A DNA stretch of 60,181 nucleotides from Chiloscyllium plagiosum (Eukaryota), in assembly GCF_004010195.1 (NCBI RefSeq), contig NC_057725.1:20424553-20484733 (forward strand), read 5' to 3'. Below are positions 24,554 to 37,839 of this stretch, piece after piece. Numbering within the stretch: the stretch's first letter is position 1; each line of letters opens with the position of its first letter. The position numbers and the translations under genes are program-made. The notes under the pieces were generated by a model. The model ran no database searches. It was not told the origin of the DNA and saw only the letters and a list, made by a program, of their open reading frames with translations.

Positions 24554-24864
24554 AGGGCGGCACAGTGGCTCAGTGATTAGCACTGTTGCCTCACAGTGCC
24601 AGGGACCCGTGTTCAATTCCCGCCTCTGGCAACTGACTGTGTGTAGCTTGCATGTTCTCTGGGCTCTAGTTTCCTCCCACAGTCCAAAGATGTGCAGGTT
24701 TGGTGAATTGGCTGTGCTAAATTGCCCATAGTGTTAGGTGCATTAGTCAGGGGTAAATGTAGGGGAATGGGTCTGGGTGGGTTGCTTTTCAGAGGGTCGG
24801 TGAAGACTTGTTGGGCCGAGGGCATGTTTCCACACGGTAGGGAATCTATCTATCTATCTATCTA
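24554..24864 (+). mobile_element. V-SINE (HE1-like), right member of an inverted pair
   Basis: GGGCGGCACAGTGGCTCAGTG head; (ATCT)n tail. Confidence 0.88.
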
Positions 24865-24894
24865 AAATTGCAAGTTGCCAAACTAAGATAAGGT

Positions 24895-25212
24895 AGGGGT
24901 GAGCATTAATGCCACTGAGTTAATAATCCAGAATCCAAGGCTAGTGTTCTAAGGACATGAGTTCATATCCCGCCTTGGCAGATGATTAAATTTAAATTCA
25001 ATAAAAATCCAGAATAAAATGCTGGCCTAATGACAACAATTGTTGTAAATATCCATCTCAGTTACTCATGTCCTTTAGGAATGGAAATCTGCCATTTTAC
25101 TGGGTCTGGCCTTCATGTATAGCAATGTGGCTGACTCTTAACTGCCCTTTGAGCAATTAAGCATGACTAATAAATGCTGGCTTAGTCAGTGATGCCTACA
25201 TCCCATAAATAG
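24895..25212 (+). mobile_element. Second SINE family (Meta-SINE-like core); related copy at about 53330-53530
   Basis: B-box GTTCATATCCC; core ATGTCCTTTAGG..GGAAATCTGCC..GTCTGGCC..GCAATGTGG.TGACTCTTAACTGCCC; tail AATAAATGCTGGC shared with old CR1-like fragments. Family name recalled, not searched. Confidence 0.6.
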
Positions 25213-25336
25213 ATTTTAAAAATTCATATTCTGAGTAAACTGTAACACACCACCATCAAACTAGGTTGGTAGCCAGCTCAAAAACAGTCCAGAAAGGATT
25301 GTATCAAAAAAATGTTTTTCTTTCTCGATCCTGTAG

Positions 25337-25443
25337 ATGGTGTTCCCAGTTCCCAGAAACCTGCAAAAGCAATAGAAACATGGATAGATCACAATAAGGA
25401 AGAGCGAGCACAATATTCTGAGAACCTGACATCCAGTTTAAAG
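25337..25443 (+). CDS. KBTBD4: KBTBD4 second coding exon
   Basis: ctgtag acceptor and AAG|GTATGT donor; 107 nt; (D)GVPSSQKPAKAIETWIDHNKEERAQYSENLTSSLK. Confidence 0.95.
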
Positions 25444-27320
25444 GTATGTTACCTCAAAACTACACCATGTAAGTACCTCCCTCCCCATTACAGATTGAAA
25501 CTAATGTTACCTGTAAGTGTGAAACAGAAGAATTCCTGCAGAATAATGCTAATTGAAGAGTTTGGGGCTTTGCTTTTTACCTTTTCTGGAAATGTATTAT
25601 TCCAAACTTTTCCAAATAGTGAGAAGGATTGATCAGATGATTTGGGTTATAAGGGACAAATGTTGGCTTTGTAGTTTTGCAGAGTTCTAAATAATGCAAC
25701 ATTCCTACAAGCTACTTTTGAGTTCTAGGACATCATGGCAGGAGTTTTCAGGGAAGCATCCTTAGCACAACCATCTGTAACCACTTTCATCAGTGACCTT
25801 CCCGCCATCATAAGGATGGAGACTGTCTGCTAACAATTTCAGTGGCATCCTCAGTAATGGAACTGTCCATGTTAGATTCCAGTAAGGGTCTGGATAATAT
25901 TCAAGTTTGAGCAGCCAAGTGACAAGTTACATGGATGACAAGTAAATGTAGTTCATGACTAACTTGAACAAGAGTGCCCAATCATCTACCCTTGACTTTC
26001 AAGCAATATTGTAAGAAAACCTCCAAATTTCCCTGCATGCTATAGACCAGCTTGATTTGACATTTATTTGCTGTCCCTGTTGTTTCTGATTGGGTATCCT
26101 AGAATTCTCCATCTGGAACTATTTTAGGCGCTCCATCATCACAGTGGAATGGGCTAGAATTTAAACCTTGCCAATGTCAGCCATATCTTGAATACAAATT
26201 TTAAAAATCAATAGTTTAACATTTGCAAGCAAAGTCATTGAATACCATTTTCCCACTCTGCATATGTCTATTTTAATGAAGTTCGGAAAGAAAGTTAAGG
26301 ATCATGATCTGAGTAACTTTAGACCACTGAAGCAGGACATAACATATTTACAGTAAAACCTAAACAGGAAGAGCCCTAATCATCTATTACAGTACACCTT
26401 CATTGTTTGGGGTATATTGTTTGGTGATACCAGTATAAGCTGCCAGTTTGGGAGTTTAGCTGATATTCTTCTAAAAGTTACAGTGTAATCAGAATCCACT
26501 GTAATTTGAAACTTGACAACAATGATTTAATGAGAGGCTACTTTTCTTTTGCATTACTGCAATAACCACCAAACGTATTGGTCTGATAGATCTAAGCTTA
26601 ACATCTAATCTTCTGTTATTTTTCTGGCAAGACCAAACACGATAATCTTGCCACAGTTTGAAAATACAAAGAAATTTACCCTATATTCATCCTTTCTAGA
26701 GTTAAATTTAATTTTGTAGTACATTTTAATTATTAGCCAAAACTGGTCTTATCAAAAATTGTAGATAATTCACATAGATTTTCGAACAACACATCATAAT
26801 TTAAAGTCGATTATACAGTTGTCTTGCTGTAAGGGTTACACAATGCAACATAATTCAGCTGGATCAGGTCCTTCAGCCCACCAAATTACTGGTTTGCCAG
26901 TATGTATTCTCCACAGAAACTGACCAAAAGAATACCTTTTTTGATTTACACTGAACTCATAATAAAAGTACTTTTTGAGATAACAAGGAAATGGTTCAAT
27001 AAGTCAGTGTCATCCTGTTTCCCCCCCCCCCCTCAGTTGAAGCAAAACACTCAAAGTCACAGTATAGTTTTAGCTCCTCCATTTTGTTAACTGACGTTAC
27101 ATACTGAATGTTTCCAGTATTGTTAAATAGCTCTACATAATGATTGCTTTTCCGCCTTGCCTTCAGCAACCCATTGTTAACCGTAAGTGCTTATCTGATC
27201 TGAGTTATGCTTAGCTGAACCTCTTGTTTCACAAAACTTCGAACTTAACTCTTTCCCTGCCTGCTGACACCCTATACAAATCCTCAATAGTAAGCACTAA
27301 TTCATCCTATCAAAAGAAAA

Positions 27321-27636
27321 GGCTCAGTGATTAGCACTGCTGCCTCACAGCGCCAGGGACCTGGGTTCAATTCCCACCTCGGGCGACTGTCTTTGTGGAG
27401 TTTACGCATTCTCCCTGTGTCTGTGTGGATTTCCTCCAGGTGCTCCAGTTTCCTCCCACAACCCAAAGATGTGCAGGTCAGCTGAATTGGCCATGCTAAA
27501 TTGTCCATAGTGTTAGGTACATTAGTCAGGGGTACATATAGGGTAGGGGAATGGATGGGTTAATGGGTTAATCTTCAGAGGGTTGGTGTGTACTTGTTGG
27601 GCCAAAGGTCTTGTTTCCATACTGTAGGGAATCTAA
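27321..27636 (+). mobile_element. V-SINE (HE1-like)
   Basis: Slightly 5'-truncated head, V core and tail. Confidence 0.85.
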
Positions 27637-27772
27637 ACTTATCAAAGATAATCTTTTAGAATCCTCCCATTAATTAAATATGTGTGCAGCTTGTATTAAT
27701 TTAAGATTATTATCTAAAGATTAAACACTGCCATTGTTGTTTATCAGGTTTGGAATTTTTTATTTCATACAG

Positions 27773-28630
27773 GAAATTGGCGAAATTGTTCATATTTATC
27801 TGATCGGAAAAGAAGACACTCGGACTCACTCACTGGCAGTTTCTTTACATTGTGATGATGATGCCATCAGTGTCAGTGGACAAAATAGATTGCGTCAGCA
27901 AATTACAGCTGCGTGCAAGCATGGCAGTGACTTGTATGTTGTGGGTGGCCCCATTCCACGCCGAATGTGGAAGTGTAATATGGAGACAATGGACTGGGAA
28001 CAGTGTGCATCACTGCCAAGAGATCGCCTTCAGCACACACTGGTATCTGTGCCAAGTGAGGATGCCATTTACTCACTCGGTGGAAAAACTCTACAGGATA
28101 CACTATCCAGTGCTGTCATTTATTATGTGGTCTGTGATAATGTGTGGGTTGAAACCAATCAGTTGGACACTGCAGTATCTTGCGCTGCCGGTGTTAACCT
28201 GAATGGAACTATTTATCTTCTAGGTGGAGAAGAGAATGACTTGGATTTCTTCACCAAACCATCACGTCTAATCCAATGTTTTGACACACATTCCAGAACG
28301 TGCCAATTAAAATCATACCTTCTCCCCTTTGCAGGCCGTATGCATGCTGCTATTCACAAGGACCTGATTTTTATTGTAGCTGAGGGGGATTCTTTGGTTT
28401 GTTACAATCCTCTGCTCGACAGCTTCACCAGACTGCGTTTCCCAGAGGTATGGAGTCGTGTACCTTCCCTCTGGAAGATTGCTAGTTGTAATGGGTGTAT
28501 CTATGTTTTCAGAGATAAGTGTAAAAAGGGTGATGCCAATACATTAAAATTGAACCCAGCCACATCTGTGGTGTCAGTAATTAGTGGAATTGAGATACTG
28601 ATGACGAATTGGCAATTTGTTTTGGCATGA
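27773..28630 (+). CDS. KBTBD4: KBTBD4 last coding exon (Kelch repeats); spliced CDS 1569 nt = 522 aa
   Basis: catacag acceptor; EIGEIVHIYLIGKE...LYVVGGPIPRRMWKC...IYSLGGKTLQDTLS...IYLLGGEENDLDFFTKPSRLIQCFD...WQFVLA*; GG-containing Kelch blades. Confidence 0.97.
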   Translation, partial: EIGEIVHIYLIGKEDTRTHSLAVSLHCDDDAISVSGQNRLRQQITAACKHGSDLYVVGGPIPRRMWKCNMETMDWEQCASLPRDRLQHTLVSVPSEDAIYSLGGKTLQDTLSSAVIYYVVCDNVWVETNQLDTAVSCAAGVNLNGTIYLLGGEENDLDFFTKPSRLIQCFDTHSRTCQLKSYLLPFAGRMHAAIHKDLIFIVAEGDSLVCYNPLLDSFTRLRFPEVWSRVPSLWKIASCNGCIYVFRDKCKKGDANTLKLNPATSVVSVISGIEILMTNWQFVLA

Positions 28631-29150
28631 TTGCAAGTCAAAACTGCAATTCACCCTTGCAGGACTGTTTTGCATTGTGAAGGTTTGTCAAGGTTCGGTG
28701 TTACAATTTAATTCAGTATCAATCCATGATTGGACATTGGTTTTTTTCCCCATAGCTGACAGTGATCAGATATTTGTTGCATTTAACTGCAGCTTTTAGC
28801 TCTTTAGTACATTGGCCACAACACTTTTTTTTGTTTCGAAGTACTGCAGTTGAGAACAAAATTTGATTTTTAACATGTATTGCCTCACAAACTTTATTGG
28901 TCCCATTTGAAATTAAAACAATAGTGTAAAGGTAAAAGAGAAGCTTCATAATTCTACATAAATGTTATGTCCAAAAATATTTTCAGTAAAGCAAACAGGC
29001 AACATTATTTTCAACATTAATCTTAAAATTATGCTATCAGTTACTTTTATAAAATAAATAATGTAGTTCTGCAATAGGTGCTTTAACAAATGTATATTGA
29101 TGTTTTAAATCTGATCAGGGAAGGTTTTCTCTATGTCCTTACATATGTGA

Positions 29151-29156
29151 AATAAA
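29151..29156 (+). terminator. Candidate KBTBD4 polyadenylation signal
   Basis: AATAAA about 520 nt after the stop, followed by U/GU-rich sequence; a second AATAAA lies near 29053. Confidence 0.45.
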
Positions 29157-29233
29157 CTTGCTCTTTGTAAATAGGCTTGCTGTTTTATTGTATATGGTAT
29201 ACAGAGGAATAGTTGACAATATTCTGTTAAAGT

Positions 29234-29449
29234 ACAGTTCATTCTGCTGTAGCGCACGTTTCAATAATGTGAATTTGCTGTAACACAATTGAGGAGTTGG
29301 GCACACTGTTTCTAAAGTGTCAATTTTTAAAGTGTGTATTGGTTATAACGCGATTCTGGCCCCATTATTTAAATGGTGCTGCTATGATGCGATTTTCTTA
29401 ACACTGGGTTGCACAAGATAGAACTACCATGTTATAGCAGAACCAATTG
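29234..29449. mobile_element. MITE (pogo/Tigger-like) just after the KBTBD4 poly(A) region
   Basis: TA|CAGTTCATTCTGCTGTAGC ... GTTATAGCAGAACCAATTG imperfect TIRs; internal TATAAC/TGTAAC repeats. Confidence 0.55.
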
Positions 29450-30527
29450 CATGTCGCACTGTAGAGGAGTGGAGTGCTGTATGAGTACATTATAGCACTA
29501 AATAATCATCTCTGCTCTGCGTCTGGAAGACCCACACTCCCAGGTCTTGAATTCAACAGGCAACGTAATCCCCAACCTTCAACTGAAAATTCAGAATGTT
29601 GGGGTCTACCCAGCAGAAGAACAGTTGCCCTGATTGGCTAGAGGCAAGATATTCAGTACTTGGGGAACTGGAGGAAGGATGCAGCAATGAACTGAAATGG
29701 GAGTGTTTGGGATCTTAGCAAGGCAATGTTGTCAGTCCCTAGCTAAGACTAGGAGAGGTCAATATGGGTAGACAGCTAGGGGAGATGGTAAAATCTTGGG
29801 TCCTCTGATTGACTCAAAAGCCTGATAAGGAGGGACCAAGTAGGAAATTTTGCCTAGGTGCTTGGCATAGGCCTTTCAAACAAATGAAGCCTTCAAATGG
29901 ATATAATTGTTTACTTGAGGGTTTCAATTAGTCCACTGGCAAGCTGGTCAGATTTTCCACCTGATCAAATGTGCTCTCCACCCCTACCTTCAAACCAGCC
30001 TTTGGGCGATGCTAAATCCAAACCATAATTTCCATTTAATAAGGACTCCTCAAAAAAGAAAAAAAAATCTGAGGACTGCATCACAGTTGACCTGGTGAGC
30101 AGACCTAAAGGCAGGTAACCTTCTGACCAACAGGAGCAGACAGGAAGATGAAGACGACAAGTCGCTAAAACAATTTGGATGGATATAGAGATGCTAAACT
30201 AATCACCAACTCAATATCACCATAATTTTGATAAGTAGGACAGTGAGCCCAACAATCAACATCACAGAAACAGATTATTAGGTTATTATTGTTTCTGAGA
30301 ACTTCTTTACAAATTGGCTGCTGAATTCCTACAACAGTGACAACACTCCAAAATTACACCAATGTCTGTAAAATACTTCCGGATTTCATGAGGCCATGGA
30401 AAATGCAATATAACTCCTTTTAAAAAAAAACTCCCCTCAAGTCCAGTTAGTCTGTCAGAATTAGGGATTCTATGAAAAATGATCAAAGTCTGTCTTGATA
30501 CTGTTGCTAGGTAGTACAGTACTTAAA

Positions 30528-31167
30528 GCTGAAAATGTGTTGCTGGAAAAGCGCAGCAGGTCAGGCAGCATCCAAGGAACAGGAGAATCGACGTTTCGGG
30601 CATAAGCCCTTCTTCAGGAATGAGGAAAGTTTGTCCAGCAGGCTAAGATAAAAGGTAGGGAGGAGGGACTTGGGGGAGGGGCGTCAGAAATGTGATAGGT
30701 GGAAAGAGGTCAAGGTGAGCGTGATAGGTCAGACTGGGGTGGGGGCGGAGAGGTCGGGAAGAAGATTGCAGGTTAGGAAGGCGGTGCTGAATTCGATGGA
30801 TTTGACTGAGACAAGGTGGGGGGAGGGGAAATGAGGAAACTGGTGAAACCCGAGTTCATCCCTTGTGGTTGGAGGATTCCTAGGCGGAAGATGAGGCGAT
30901 TGTGTGGAGGTGCAGGTGAATCTGTGGCGGGTATGGAAGTTTCCTTTGGGGCCTTGGAGGGAGGTGAGGGGGGAGGTGTGGGCGCAAGTCTTGCACCTCC
31001 TGCGGTTGCAGGGGAAGGTGCCGGGAGTGGAGGTTGGGTTGGTGGGGGGTGTGGATCTGACGAGGGAGTCATGGAGGGAGTGGTCTTTACGGAATGCTGA
31101 TAGGGGAGGGGAGGGGAGGGAAATATATCCTTGGTGGTGGGGTCCGTTTGGAGGTGGCGGAAATGAC
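30528..31167 (-). mobile_element. 5'-truncated, internally deleted Penelope-like element with TSD
   Basis: CAGTACTTAAA at 30517-30527 and 31168-31178; ORF remnants HFRHLQTDPTTKDIFPSPP and RLIFRLGILQPQGMNSGFTSF; intact hammerhead motif at 30590-30617 (-). Confidence 0.85.
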
Positions 31168-31194
31168 CAGTACTTAAATGTTGCTTTTTAAAAA

Positions 31195-31895
31195 AATATT
31201 TGTCAAAGATTTTCACTTTGCACTTCATGGCAATTTTCAAGGAATACTAATTTACGAGAAAACATTTATACTGTATGAGAGGTTGATTAGTGGCAAATGG
31301 TTTCTGGTTGGTAGAGACATTATCACAGAGAATCTATTATTTAATGAGGATTGACAGTTAACCTCCAAACTGTTTAAATTTAAAACTGGACAGGTTAACT
31401 TTGTAAGGCAATTCTCTACAAAATGAATTGGAGAATAGCTGTCATCTATTTTATTGAGTCGAAATTGTTACTTTGTATTCTTTCTGCATGTTTAATAATG
31501 TGGCCCTGTGTATTAATACACATAACTTCAAATATGCCACATCGTGAACCTGACTGGTAATTTGCTGTCAGTGTAATTCTTTGCGGATTTTGGATAATTT
31601 AGCAAATGTTGTTCAAGCATAGAAGTACATCTATATTGATCAATGTTTTGTCAGTTTTGCAAGTGCAGGCTGTTTAGATGAAGTTTCTTGCTTGTTGTGA
31701 ACAGCTGAAACAATGTTGTCTGATACAATCTGCTGGTCTTTGGCTACATTACATTAGTTGGCAAGCGAAATTCAGCACTCTCCTCTCATGCAGTATAAGT
31801 ATTGTTTTCCTGTATTGTTTTCCTTAATTGTTTTTGAGAATTGTTCTGATGTGTGCAAGATGAAAAGCTTCGACAGAATGCATCTTTATCTAGCA
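31195..31895. mobile_element. Old repeat with inverted ends; related copy at about 21890-22340
   Basis: TTTTCACTTTGCAC near 31211 versus GTGCAAGATGAAAAG near 31853; internal blocks (TGACAGTTAAC, TTTAAAAC) shared with 21890-22340; decayed CTGATG..GAAAAGCTT motif suggests a Penelope derivative. Confidence 0.5.
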
Positions 31896-32685
31896 ATCTT
31901 CAGACTCGATAGTGTGGCATTACTGCCATGCTAAATGGATAAATTCAGACCAGATCTTTCATTCAAAACTTAATCTTCATAAGGCGCCTTAGACTATCAA
32001 CACCAGCAGAATTGTATTCAACCATTACCTGTAACCTCATGGTTCGGAATATTACCCAATCTACCATTTCCATCAAGCTAGAAGATCAACCTCAGTTCAA
32101 TGAAAAGTGCAGAACATCAAGCCAAGTTCAGCATCCAACCTAAACTGGCAGGACCTACAGTAAAGCTCTTCCAGTACTGCTACAAGGTTGGAATCCACCT
32201 GCCAAATATTGCATTAATTTTCCAGGTTGTAAACTGAATCCATAAATTATTACACCATCAATTTACTCTTGATTATCAGCATGCCGTGGAAAGTGTTGTC
32301 AGTGGTTCAGTAGGGTTATCAAAAGAGCAGTAACAACATCAATAATTGTTCATTGATGTTCAAATTGGATTATGTTTAGACAACATTAATCACAACTTTA
32401 ATGCCATCTTTGTTCAAACTTGGCAAAAAAGCTGAATTCCAGAGGAAGAGTGACTGTCCTTGACATCAAAGGGTCTGAGTATAAGTTAATAGGAGTCAGA
32501 AGAAAAATTCTCCAATAGTTGGAGTCGTATCTAGCTGAAAGAAAAAAATGGTTGTGGTTGTTTGATGTCAATTATCTCTGTCCCAGAACATCACTGTTGT
32601 AACTTATGAGGACAGTGTCCTAAGTTCAACCATCTTCAGTTCTTTAATGATCTTCCCTCTATCAATAAGGTCAAAAGTGTAATTA

Positions 32686-33580
32686 TAGAGTCATAGAGAT
32701 GTACAGCATGGAAATAGACCCTTAGTCCAACTTGTCCATGCTGACCAGATATAACAACCTAATCTAGTCCAATCTGCCAGCACTTGGCCTGTATCCCTCT
32801 AAACCCTTCCTATTCATTTACCCATCCAGATGCCTTTAAATGCTGCAATTGTATCAGTCTCCACTACTTCCTCTGGCAGCTCATTCCATACACACACTAC
32901 CCTCTGTGTGAAAAAGTTGCCCGTTAGGTCCCCTTTATATCTTTCCCCTCTCATCCAAAACCTATGCCGTTTAGTTCTGGACTCTCTCAACCCAGGGAAA
33001 AGACTTTTGTCTATTTATAAAATCATGAGGGGCATGGATAGGATAAACCTCTATAAAGTTACTGCTCAGCCTCCAACGCTCCAGGGAAAACAGCTCCAGT
33101 CTGTACAGCTTCTCCCCGTAGCTCAAATCCTCCAACCCTGGCAACATCCTTGTAAATCATTTTTGAACCCTTTCAAGTTTCATAACATCCTTCTGATAGG
33201 AAGACCAGAATTGCACGCAATATTCCAAACATGGCCTAACCAACATCCTGTACAGCTGCAACATGACCTCCCAACTCCTATACTCAATATTCTGATCAAT
33301 AAAGAAAACCATACCAAATGCCTTCTTCACTATCCTATCAAATCTGTGACTCCACTTTCAAGGAACTATGAACCTGCACTCCAAGGTCTCTTTGTTCAGC
33401 AACACTCTCAGACTTTACCATTAAGTGTATAAGCCCTGCCCTGATTTGATTTCCAAAATGCAACATCTCACAATTTACTAAATTAAACTCCATCTGCCAC
33501 TCCTCAGCCCATTGGCCCATTTGATCAAGATCGCATTGTACTCTGAGGTCACCTTCTTCACTGTCCACTACACCTCCACT
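32686..33580 (-). mobile_element. CR1 LINE 3' fragment with tail
   Basis: WAEEWQMEFN..C..LHFG..EQRDLGVQVH; tail ATAGAGTCATAGAG. Confidence 0.88.
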
Positions 33581-36295
33581 TGCTTTCTCACACATCGCTA
33601 AACTTTTCAGGCTTGAGGAGCCTACGGAAAAAGGTTACTGTTTTGATTTGAATGGCTCCTTCAGTTCCAAGATTTGTAACATATTTAGAAATATATTGTA
33701 TTTTACATGAAGGAAATGTTCACTATTTGTGGAACTAGTTCTGCTGTTTTGTCACCTACATATTGCCTAATTTGTAAGTGCTCTGCCTGAAGGCAGATCC
33801 TTGATTTATTACCTGTTGATGTTTCATGTTGAACAATTTTCTTGGCAGATTTTGACAGTAATGCTTTTCAATTGCAGCAGGAAGAGGCAGGTCTACCTCA
33901 GCTGAAAATTCAATTGAACCTGTACTATCAACACTACTATGAACTGCCAATTAGCCAACGTTAACAGGTCCCTCACTTCTACATGTCGGTTTAAAGCTTT
34001 GCGAAAAACAATTTTTTTTCCCCCAAAAGACTTCTGCCGAACATTTATCCCTCAACTAATTACATTCAAAAAGATTAAGCATTCATTATCCCACTGTCAT
34101 CAGGCCTAATTTTTTAAAAAATCTGGATAAGTTTATTCAGGTGTTCCGATGAAGTTTTCATGAACATAGCACTATACATAGCACAGGAAATCATTGCAAA
34201 AACCTTTGAAAATTAATTCCACTTCCCTGTGGCCATCTGTATCTGCTTCAAAATTTTTGTTAAGCCATGTAATGATCTCTGCTTGAATTAATTCCATACT
34301 ACTTAAATAAACTTGTCAAATCTCCTTGATTATTTTAAATTGTTATACCTCTTATTTGCAAATAATTTAGTTGATGAGGTACAAATAATACAAAATTATG
34401 AGAGGCACACAGAGGACAGATCGCAGGCACGTCTAAGACCAAATAACACAAGTTTAAGAGGAGGAGAAAGAGATTTAAAGAAGTATGAAAAAAAAGTGTT
34501 TCACCAACAGGGTGGTAGAAATATGGAATATGCTGCCTAAGAGAGTGGTACGGTGCCACATCTGCCAAGCATCTGGAACAGCACATAAAACGCCAGGACA
34601 TAAAAGATCATGGACCAAGTGTAGATAAGTGGTAACAGTGTAGATTGGTGTTTATTGGTCAGCATAGATATGATGAGCCAAAGAGCCTGTTTCAACATTG
34701 TATGACTCTATGATTATGCTGCAAGATGCTATATGTGCAGCTTGTTTACTTTTTTGTTTCAGGTGGATCTTGTTTACATATTCATTAAAACATTTACTAC
34801 AAGATATTACCAAATTCTGAAAACGGCAGGTACGGCTAATGTATGTTTGGGATTCTCATTATGAACTCGTTTCATTTTGGCTTCACAACATTTCATTTGT
34901 ATTATTACTTGTCAATTAGATTAACATGACCATAACATTTGTGTAATCTGATAAATTGGGTACTTCACAACTCCATGTATTAAAGTAATACATTTGAATT
35001 TTTAAAAAACTATAACATCTAAAGCTTTTAGGTATAAACACAATTCAGACTGATGCAATGAAAGACTCCCATGGTTGTCGGCAAGGGCTCTATATAAAAT
35101 GTAATTGGAATGTGATCCAAGACACAAAACTAAGCCTAAACTGTGGCATGGAGGTGATAGAATAAAAAAAAACATGGTATTGCTAGAAGATTACTAAAGT
35201 ATTGAAGACATCATTGGTCAGAGTACAGGGCTCCCATTTCTCTACCAGGCCACCACAACTTCACCCAACCGATAACTAAACGCAGTAGGTGGACTTTAAA
35301 TTTAGCACTGAAATTAAGTGGCTATTGATCCAAAATTGTCAACTGGGATAGAGTTTCAGAATATCTGATCAGTTTAATGCCACGTGATCATTCACACATT
35401 TGTATAATTTCTCCTTGATTGAGTAATAACATAAATTTAGTTATTTTCCAAGTAATTTAAACATTACAAAGCATTCTCCCCTATGGCCTGTAGCAGGTAA
35501 CAAGAAAAATCAAAATTAGTATTCCCCAAATGTACAAGAAATAGCTAATTTCACTGAATTGAATGAAATGTACAAAACATAAAAGGATTTTAATTGCATC
35601 TCAGTGAAATACATTTTTACATATTACAGGTCATAACTAGATTTTGCTTTGGGTACTTTTTCCAGAGTAATACTTCAATCTCATACCTTTAGCAGGATCA
35701 GGTCAAAGCTTTTTGCAAGACTAAAAGCTCCTTACTGACAGCATGGAATTATGGTGTTAACAAAGTTCAGTCAACACTTAAACCTCATTAATGACAAATG
35801 CTGTTATTTTACTGTTCTTTTCCAATGGACAGATGGCAAGTTAGTTCCATACAACAAAATCTTTTTTAAAAAGAAAAACGAAAGATCTTTACTGACCCAA
35901 GCTATCTCCTCAAACACTGCAATACAACATTTAAATGTACAATTGACACCTCGCTCAATAAATTGATGTTAATTAGTTTCCAGTGAAAGTTAAAATCAAG
36001 TTCCCAGTGTGTCTGAATTTTTCTTCAAAAGAAAGAACTTTCCAGCTTCGTCTATAAGTTACATTGACACTGTCTATAAATAGCAAATATCTCAACAAAA
36101 ATTCAAAGCTGATTGATATTTACATTAGTACAACTATACAACACTCTTTCATGCTACACAAACAAAAACAAACCAACTGGTGTCTGCTGATCGCAGAAAC
36201 TTTAACCATATTCTTGCCAGTTATCATTCTCGATTCTAAACCTTTCAGTCACTTGAGGATATTAGCATTTGAATGTCCACAAATGTTGTGCCGCA

Positions 36296-36463
36296 CTACT
36301 TGAAAGCTGCGGAGCGTTTTGCTTCGAACAGTATGTCTGGTTCTCCTGGGAACAGATCTTCATAATAGCTCTTCAAAATTTTAAACTGTCCACTACGAAT
36401 AATAATATGAGGTCTGATTGAAGCAATATAATCACAGGCCTTCTTTGGAGTCCAGTGATGTAG
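36296..36463 (-). CDS. PTPMT1: PTPMT1 last coding exon; spliced CDS 588 nt = 195 aa
   Basis: tcttttcttcag acceptor; LHHWTPKKACDYIASIRPHIIIRSGQFKILKSYY...AAFK*. Confidence 0.93.
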   Translation of the reverse strand, partial: LHHWTPKKACDYIASIRPHIIIRSGQFKILKSYYEDLFPGEPDILFEAKRSAAFK

Positions 36464-37839
36464 CTGAAGAAAAGATTTAGAGGTAAACTGTTCAGATATT
36501 TGATTCAGAACATGATTAGATATGCATAAAGTAACTTGCAATATTTTATAGCTCAGTTGATTCAGTCACACAACTAGAGACAATAAAACAAATTAATTAT
36601 CAGCAAACAATGAGCAGAAGTATGAACAAACAAGACATGCTGTTCCTATCAGAAGAATTTAGGACGTTCAATTAACTAGATTTTGCTATGTCAGCATTCA
36701 GAGGAAGATTAGACAGCACAGGACAATTTTAAAACTGTACTGAAATCTATTTTGAGTTGAAGGACCGACTTTTCGACAATCGGCAGCTGTAGAGATAAGC
36801 CAATTGAGAAGTGTTGAAAGTTCAATTCGTGGTGGTGGGCGGGGGGGAAAAAAAAAAAAAGAGGTGTGGGGGGAGAAAAACAGATGTTTTCAGATTAAAA
36901 GGCATAAGCATTTTGAGTTCAACAGATATACTTCAATGCAAATATGGGGTTAATAAAAGACAGCAAATGAAATACAAAAGATAGTTGGTAAAATCAGCCA
37001 CATAAGAACCACAAAAAAGATATTAGAAATAAAATGATGTGAATCTGAAAGTGCTCAGCTATATCCATAATGGAAACATAGCTGAAGACAGCATAGAAAT
37101 CTAAATATTTCTTGTTGTAACAGTCTCAGGATAAGAGTAGTTTAATTAATTGGGACCTTTAACAGTGCAAAAGGTTGTTTTTTTTAAATATTTAATCATC
37201 AGGATTGCACACGGAGACAAGATCAAGGTCAATATTCAGATCAAGTTGGATTGTTGGAGTGGGAGGAGGATTGGCAGCTGAATAGCAGCAGGCAGATAAG
37301 TTAAAATCAGGAAAGCAAATGAAATTACTATGAGATTATCACAAAAACACTGAATTAAAAAAGGGGAAGGAGGAATAGGGTAAAAATCAATCCATAAATG
37401 TTCTTTTGAATTCACTGTAAACTTAACATATACTGTAAACCAGTTATATATAACACATACATGTTAGTATAGTTTTATCTTCCAATTTTAAAGGAATATT
37501 TAACAACAAAAATCTGAAACAATCTTTTCCCTCCATTGTGAAATATGCAGTTTTGGGAAACAAAGTTTCAGATAATTTAGGAAGGGACAAATAAGTTGCT
37601 CCATTTTATAGGTTCACACATTCCACATTCTGCCTTTATCTAAAGTTATTTAAATCAGGATTGGACAACTGAATTTCTCAATATTACATATATCAAAGGG
37701 TACTTATTACATAGTGTCTGTTACTGACTTTTTATTCAAAAGTATATTAAATCACAGTAAATGCTTGAAATATACAAGAGGTCAGGCAGCATCTGAAGAG
37801 AATGACTTAACATTCTGATGAAAGAGTCAGAATTTTTAC

